A stretch of DNA of 64,000 nt from Candidatus Omnitrophota bacterium (GTDB lineage: Bacteria > Omnitrophota > Gorgyraeia > Zapsychrales > Fredricksoniimonadaceae): assembly GCA_015232565.1 (NCBI GenBank), contig JADFZK010000001.1, positions 77,160 through 141,159 on the forward strand. The letters are read 5' to 3'. Position 1 is the stretch's first letter. Each line of letters starts with the position of its first letter. The notes beneath the pieces are model-generated. The model did not search any database and was not told where the DNA came from. It saw nothing but the letters and a program-made list of their open reading frames with translations. Position numbers and translations under genes: made by a program. Positions 62,601 to 64,000 of the stretch are shown piece by piece.

Positions 62601-63303
62601 TAATGTTTTAGGGGTGGCGCATTCGCAGGAAGCGGTCACCTTGATAGGCAGAGTGACACCGGAATATTTTCTATGGTGGGATATGACTTCTTATGTTGAA
62701 AACCTATATTCACTAGATGGGTTTAAGTTTTCGCGGGGGCGTTATTGTTTTAATTTTAATCAATTTGGTTCTCCGGAGAAAGCCGAGCGCTTGCAAAGAA
62801 TGTTTCGTCAAGCCACTGAGATCGAGCTGGCGTATTATGCCGGACCGATTGATATTAAGTTTTCGCCGGAACGCCGCGATCTGTTGCGTGGCAAATACCC
62901 CGGCCGTGCCGCTGTTGAAGCCCTGGCCGCTGAATTCAAGAATGAGCGAGCGCAGCTGCCGGAGAAAGGCGATGCCTACGATCGCATTCTGTCTTCAGCC
63001 CTCGAGCGGCAGGAAAAGCGTCTGCAAGTTATTGCGTCCACTTTGGACTTTGCCGATAGAGCGCAGGTTCCAGAAGATGCATCGTCATCCGGGGCGTCTG
63101 CTGAGGCTTCGGTTGTTCCTGGTGGTGTGGACATGAACGCTGCAATGGCGCCGGGTGTTGGCGGGCCAGCCGCGGAGACTATTAGTGAGGCGAAGAGTGG
63201 TGCAACTGGCGATATTCTGGGTTTCGAACCGGTCTTCATTGGCGTTAAGACTGTCCATGACCTGCCGGCGTTTCTGGCTCCTGCCGGGCTCTTGGCGGAA
63301 TGA
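56665..63303 (+). CDS. Giant (2,212 aa) putatively secreted protein with an embedded GHKL/HATPase_c ATP-binding core and two copies of an uncharacterised domain of about 290 aa.
   Basis: The N-terminus MMALSFRLRRWVSFFVFWAFLAAETVS looks like a Sec signal peptide (n-, h- and c-regions). Near the middle it has LLLKNLVVNAKQAG (N-box), VKDDGPGM (G1), GQGKGLLGVWQIV (G2) and GQGATFTIVFP. A duplicated module begins AAQSELLAQFP(E/A)E(Y/F)FDRESIIARLRGMPGPE. Confidence 0.7.
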   Translation: MMALSFRLRRWVSFFVFWAFLAAETVSTARMAPGLGLSSEPALVNLSRPVKPLLKGLQLDPAQPYKINFLVDKGGLDNEGNKSRALGFRRDTDELVKYFLAGLTVPRGEFWVNLSPYEVRRIIPDGLGRTGLGRVFLEQDLRLKNLTASLLYPQSVTGRKVWEQIYAAAYAKYGTTEIGMDIFNKVWVVPDDPMIYERPLPAAGAGLETAYITRAKLKVMLDCDYAAAGSAEARAQAAIDPGQSGAVVNAEVSSASDHELARNILRNVVIPVLEQEVNEGAGFAPLRQVYNALILAGWMRSKIQARELAAYVDANKTAGVENGEPGLKERVWNKYVETFRKGVFDLIQEEEDPATHELLPRKYFSGGFDLSQAAVPRVSHDLDASALPVRQEMVTYRINPLSGNGVFNMADLERQKKPRKVITEQPADSDSSANALADLSIEADELVPEQVPLGSKEREQWIAGHMVPDTDLEFSLGRRAVFADYVKAAREAFAVKHHSRQSRLRAGDFGVQALNVLVQEYAAKNRSGIIDVGSLIPMLESFAPLAYDTGSLQAVVDFIKVNSLIDQHNIGALANLLQSAKLVGLRTELSFWFLQEEIQMDNFMTNMQSLLFALENQPAEALMSRLVGRMGWIQVMHSTVRRRIQERVKPKGIGIRQIMTEAEKAVWRGFFVEFEQILNDGALRSFFAQSSFEDIYDDVVFHIHNVLSLVERGELPFMTENGTVAEAIGRAHIPAETMFLHISPVVRTAGIENLIKVLRSRDRAFSDGELYFLDRLGKRYFVHSLGTDIRGYFPVISGLIGLVSRYVNGGFEEVREVNDLGSAQQIIGELNTIANMHEMRHVADVADALSVFLVYGITARPEDQAVFDLLEERRLAMWDLIKALAYMIGNFKLETDRSVSVFSLAEIKRMLLAVETLNAQLVKHLQDYEVPEDSLELMLESVDSSYDSMFSLERIIELAGSGVASPARGAFREILQEVIKQISKSQDGFAGTIEGVLPDVRILRYDIYLLLKNLVVNAKQAGARNVVLTARAVGTEVSGSGSKGTGLELVVKDDGPGMAEEQVSRIMSRQGFSTKELGQGKGLLGVWQIVDRYNGVMKVKSAPGQGATFTIVFPESASAGGVRIEGQSALLPLSEDLAGNVADHAAQSELLAQFPEEYFDRESIIARLRGMPGPEYSIAYEPFVVMGEGREVSVKVAWNIIIKGTMRSAHLTVRLNGQGNQYYEVDYDYNISAGVERLINAHEYASFERTPRMKGLLKALRFLALDRKVPVINVRLMNSETLSLLMSFDNMGAAHSQKAISLIGRTTPAYFLWWDMTAFEDVYLPSGLRLSIGRYCFNFNQFGSSEKAERLQGMFRQATEVELANYAGPVDIKLAPERRDLLRARYPGRGAIEALAAVFKYERKKVPVNGDAYDRILSSALQRQEKRLRSIAAASLSQKEMAINPAASVVADKTKDFSAAQEAFTARFKPVEFSGAGRLVRMETYVDDFFYKSILKNGFVPRSLRADPGIGVTYFPDNVSFLLLFDYLKNLGMLLSTNNSGDDVSNIIYLLDPQKVKAGRQSFELAGSFFAEDSKRDKVFKRGLAMLGYTENDKWTGRLNAAPDEIQARDKEIVPFDYVDSVVVHPDNFDTVVRWNAQMGRNDLKVYVFDPQNKREYVLYEPKELSAGLLPEKPGIQADSGLIGLEALSALLKSPGERTPFPVEAFDLQYNVNKLRALRGSKKKSVSYWPFKVVAGGREVLVSIVWERGELLTGQEHFSFKIFFDGEKTEGFCLNFSYGNGVDQKQGIIDSNALSLTRTPEAGEIVKVLSPLILAGSGGVLEGSETKSAAQSELLAQFPAEFFDRESIIARLRGMPGPERSVSYEPFVVRGEGREVSVKVAWYMSLSGDKELKYRLSIILNGDKKQYYTVYYDYYRTIEGREKLRSVDEYASFKDAPRMAGLFKILRSLALDRSVPLIDANITNQESLDLLRSFAYPGDNVLGVAHSQEAVTLIGRVTPEYFLWWDMTSYVENLYSLDGFKFSRGRYCFNFNQFGSPEKAERLQRMFRQATEIELAYYAGPIDIKFSPERRDLLRGKYPGRAAVEALAAEFKNERAQLPEKGDAYDRILSSALERQEKRLQVIASTLDFADRAQVPEDASSSGASAEASVVPGGVDMNAAMAPGVGGPAAETISEAKSGATGDILGFEPVFIGVKTVHDLPAFLAPAGLLAE
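60097..60955 (+). repeat. Copy 1 of an approximately 860-bp intragenic direct repeat (the partner lies 2,052 bp downstream).
   Basis: Near-identical stretches occur at 60097-60250 and 60640-60955, matching 62149-62300 and 62695-63025. They are also visible as near-identical out-of-frame ORF translations (60620-60889 and 62717-63136). Confidence 0.85.
62149..63025 (+). repeat. Copy 2 of the approximately 860-bp intragenic direct repeat.
   Basis: See copy 1. The protein-level identity of the two modules is about 65-70% overall, with identical blocks GRYCFNFNQFGS and AYDRILSSAL. Confidence 0.85.
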
Positions 63304-63333
63304 TCAGCTCCAGGTGTTTTGTCAGCCAATACC

Positions 63334-63362
63334 TTGACATTATGTATGTTATAAGCTACACT
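63334..63362 (+). promoter_or_regulatory. Candidate promoter for the toxin-antitoxin pair (TTGACA-N17-TACACT).
   Basis: TTGACA at 63334-63339 and TACACT at 63357-63362, immediately upstream of the ATG at 63368. Confidence 0.25.
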
Positions 63363-63367
63363 TATGA

Positions 63368-63700
63368 ATGACAATGACTAAGACAATCATTTTCTATCAA
63401 ACGCTGACCGGAGAAGAACCAGTAATGGAATGGTTCCTGTCTTTTCGGGATAAAATATATCGGCACCGTATTCAGGCAAGGATCGACAGAATAAAACAAG
63501 GCAATTATGGAGATCATAAACGTTTAAATGGAATCATAGAGATTAGAATGGACTTTGGTAAGGGGTACCGGCTCTATTGTGGAGAAGAAGGTCAAGTTCT
63601 TGTAATATTACTTGCCGGTGGAGACAAGTCAACGCAAGGCCGGGACATAAAAAGAGCCTTGGAATATTGGAGGGATTATCATGATCAAAAGAAAATTTAG
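63368..63700 (+). CDS. Type II toxin-antitoxin toxin, RelE/ParE superfamily (HigB-like 'addiction module killer').
   Basis: It has QGNYGDHKRLNGIIEIRMDFGKGYRLYCGEEGQVLVILLAGGDKSTQGRDIKRA. This follows the conserved pattern of the addiction-module-killer family (..GNFGD.K.V..GV.ELR...GPGYR.Y......LIILL.GGDKSSQ..DI..A). Confidence 0.7.
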   Translation: MTMTKTIIFYQTLTGEEPVMEWFLSFRDKIYRHRIQARIDRIKQGNYGDHKRLNGIIEIRMDFGKGYRLYCGEEGQVLVILLAGGDKSTQGRDIKRALEYWRDYHDQKKI

Positions 63701-63986
63701 AACATACGATGAGGCTATGATTGCACATTATAAGCAACATCCCGACGAACTTAAAGGGTATGTAAGTGTTGCTTTGTCTGAATATCAGAAAGACGGTGAT
63801 GAGAAGGCCTTTCTTTTAGCTCTTTCTCTTGCAACGCAAGTTCATGGTGGTTTTAGCAAGCTTTCCAAAGCTACTGGCTTAAATCGTGAAAATCTTTACA
63901 AAGCATTGTCAGTGCGCGGTGATCCACGCCTATCAACGATTATGCAGGTTATGGGAACCCTGGGCTTGTCATTAAAGATCGGTTGA
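63681..63986 (+). CDS. Type II toxin-antitoxin antitoxin (HigA-like 'addiction module antidote', HTH).
   Basis: It has DEKAFLLALSLATQVHGGFSKLSKATGLNRENLYKALSVRGDPRLSTIMQVMGTLGL. This follows the conserved antidote-family pattern. It overlaps the toxin gene by 20 bp. Confidence 0.7.
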   Translation: MIKRKFRTYDEAMIAHYKQHPDELKGYVSVALSEYQKDGDEKAFLLALSLATQVHGGFSKLSKATGLNRENLYKALSVRGDPRLSTIMQVMGTLGLSLKIG

Positions 63987-64000
63987 GCATAAACAAATAT

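Noticed and set aside
60620-63136. I considered whether the track ORFs at 60620-60889, 60890-61123 and 62717-63136 (+) are real small genes inside the giant gene.
   Set aside because: They are out-of-frame translations of the duplicated DNA segment, which explains why their sequences resemble each other. They are Arg/Cys-rich nonsense typical of an alternate frame of GC-rich coding DNA.

Overview
This is a densely coding prokaryotic window of about 52% GC, almost entirely co-directional: 52 of roughly 54 genes are on the + strand, and many have 4-bp ATGA/TGATG start-stop overlaps.

Positions 1-37,203 form one large cell-surface glycan biosynthesis locus. Its nucleotide-sugar genes are rmlA, rmlB, a second short-form thymidylyltransferase, gmd, fcl, three further extended SDR epimerases and a CDP-paratose-2-epimerase-like protein. 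Its transferase and assembly genes are four GT2, one GT4, one GT26 (WecB/TagA), an initiating polyprenyl-phosphate sugar phosphotransferase, two Wzy_C O-antigen-ligase/polymerase-like proteins and at least four ArnT/PMT-like GT-C membrane proteins alongside a Dpm1/ArnC-like GT2.

The locus also carries an unusual set of tailoring genes. These are a GmhA-like SIS isomerase, an IMPase/CysQ-family phosphatase and a 2-hydroxyacid dehydrogenase, followed by a split (N plus C subunit) TPP-dependent transketolase. There are two B12-binding radical-SAM enzymes and a third radical-SAM with a Cys-rich (SPASM-like) C-terminus. There are also a sulfotransferase-like protein, a formyltransferase next to a polysaccharide-deacetylase (deformylase-like) protein, a hexapeptide acetyltransferase and a SAM methyltransferase.

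One O-antigen-ligase-like gene contains a near-perfect 93-bp in-frame tandem repeat of about 3.5 copies.

From 37.2 kb onward the genes are housekeeping. pgk, tpiA and secG sit behind a consensus sigma70 promoter with a 14-bp perfect inverted repeat in the leader. They are followed by an Opp/Dpp-type ABC transporter, a nitroreductase, a TPR-tailed membrane protein and glgC. An acyl-CoA dehydrogenase is followed by etfB and etfA, the EtfA carrying an N-terminal 2x[4Fe-4S] ferredoxin domain. A small excisionase-type HTH gene precedes smc.

The window ends with a 2,212-aa putatively secreted giant ORF. It has a GHKL/HATPase_c core and a roughly 860-bp internal direct duplication. It is followed by a low-GC HigB/HigA-like toxin-antitoxin pair.

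I found no rRNA, tRNA, CRISPR array, integrase or transposase. All functional calls are from reading motifs in the supplied translations. No database search was run.
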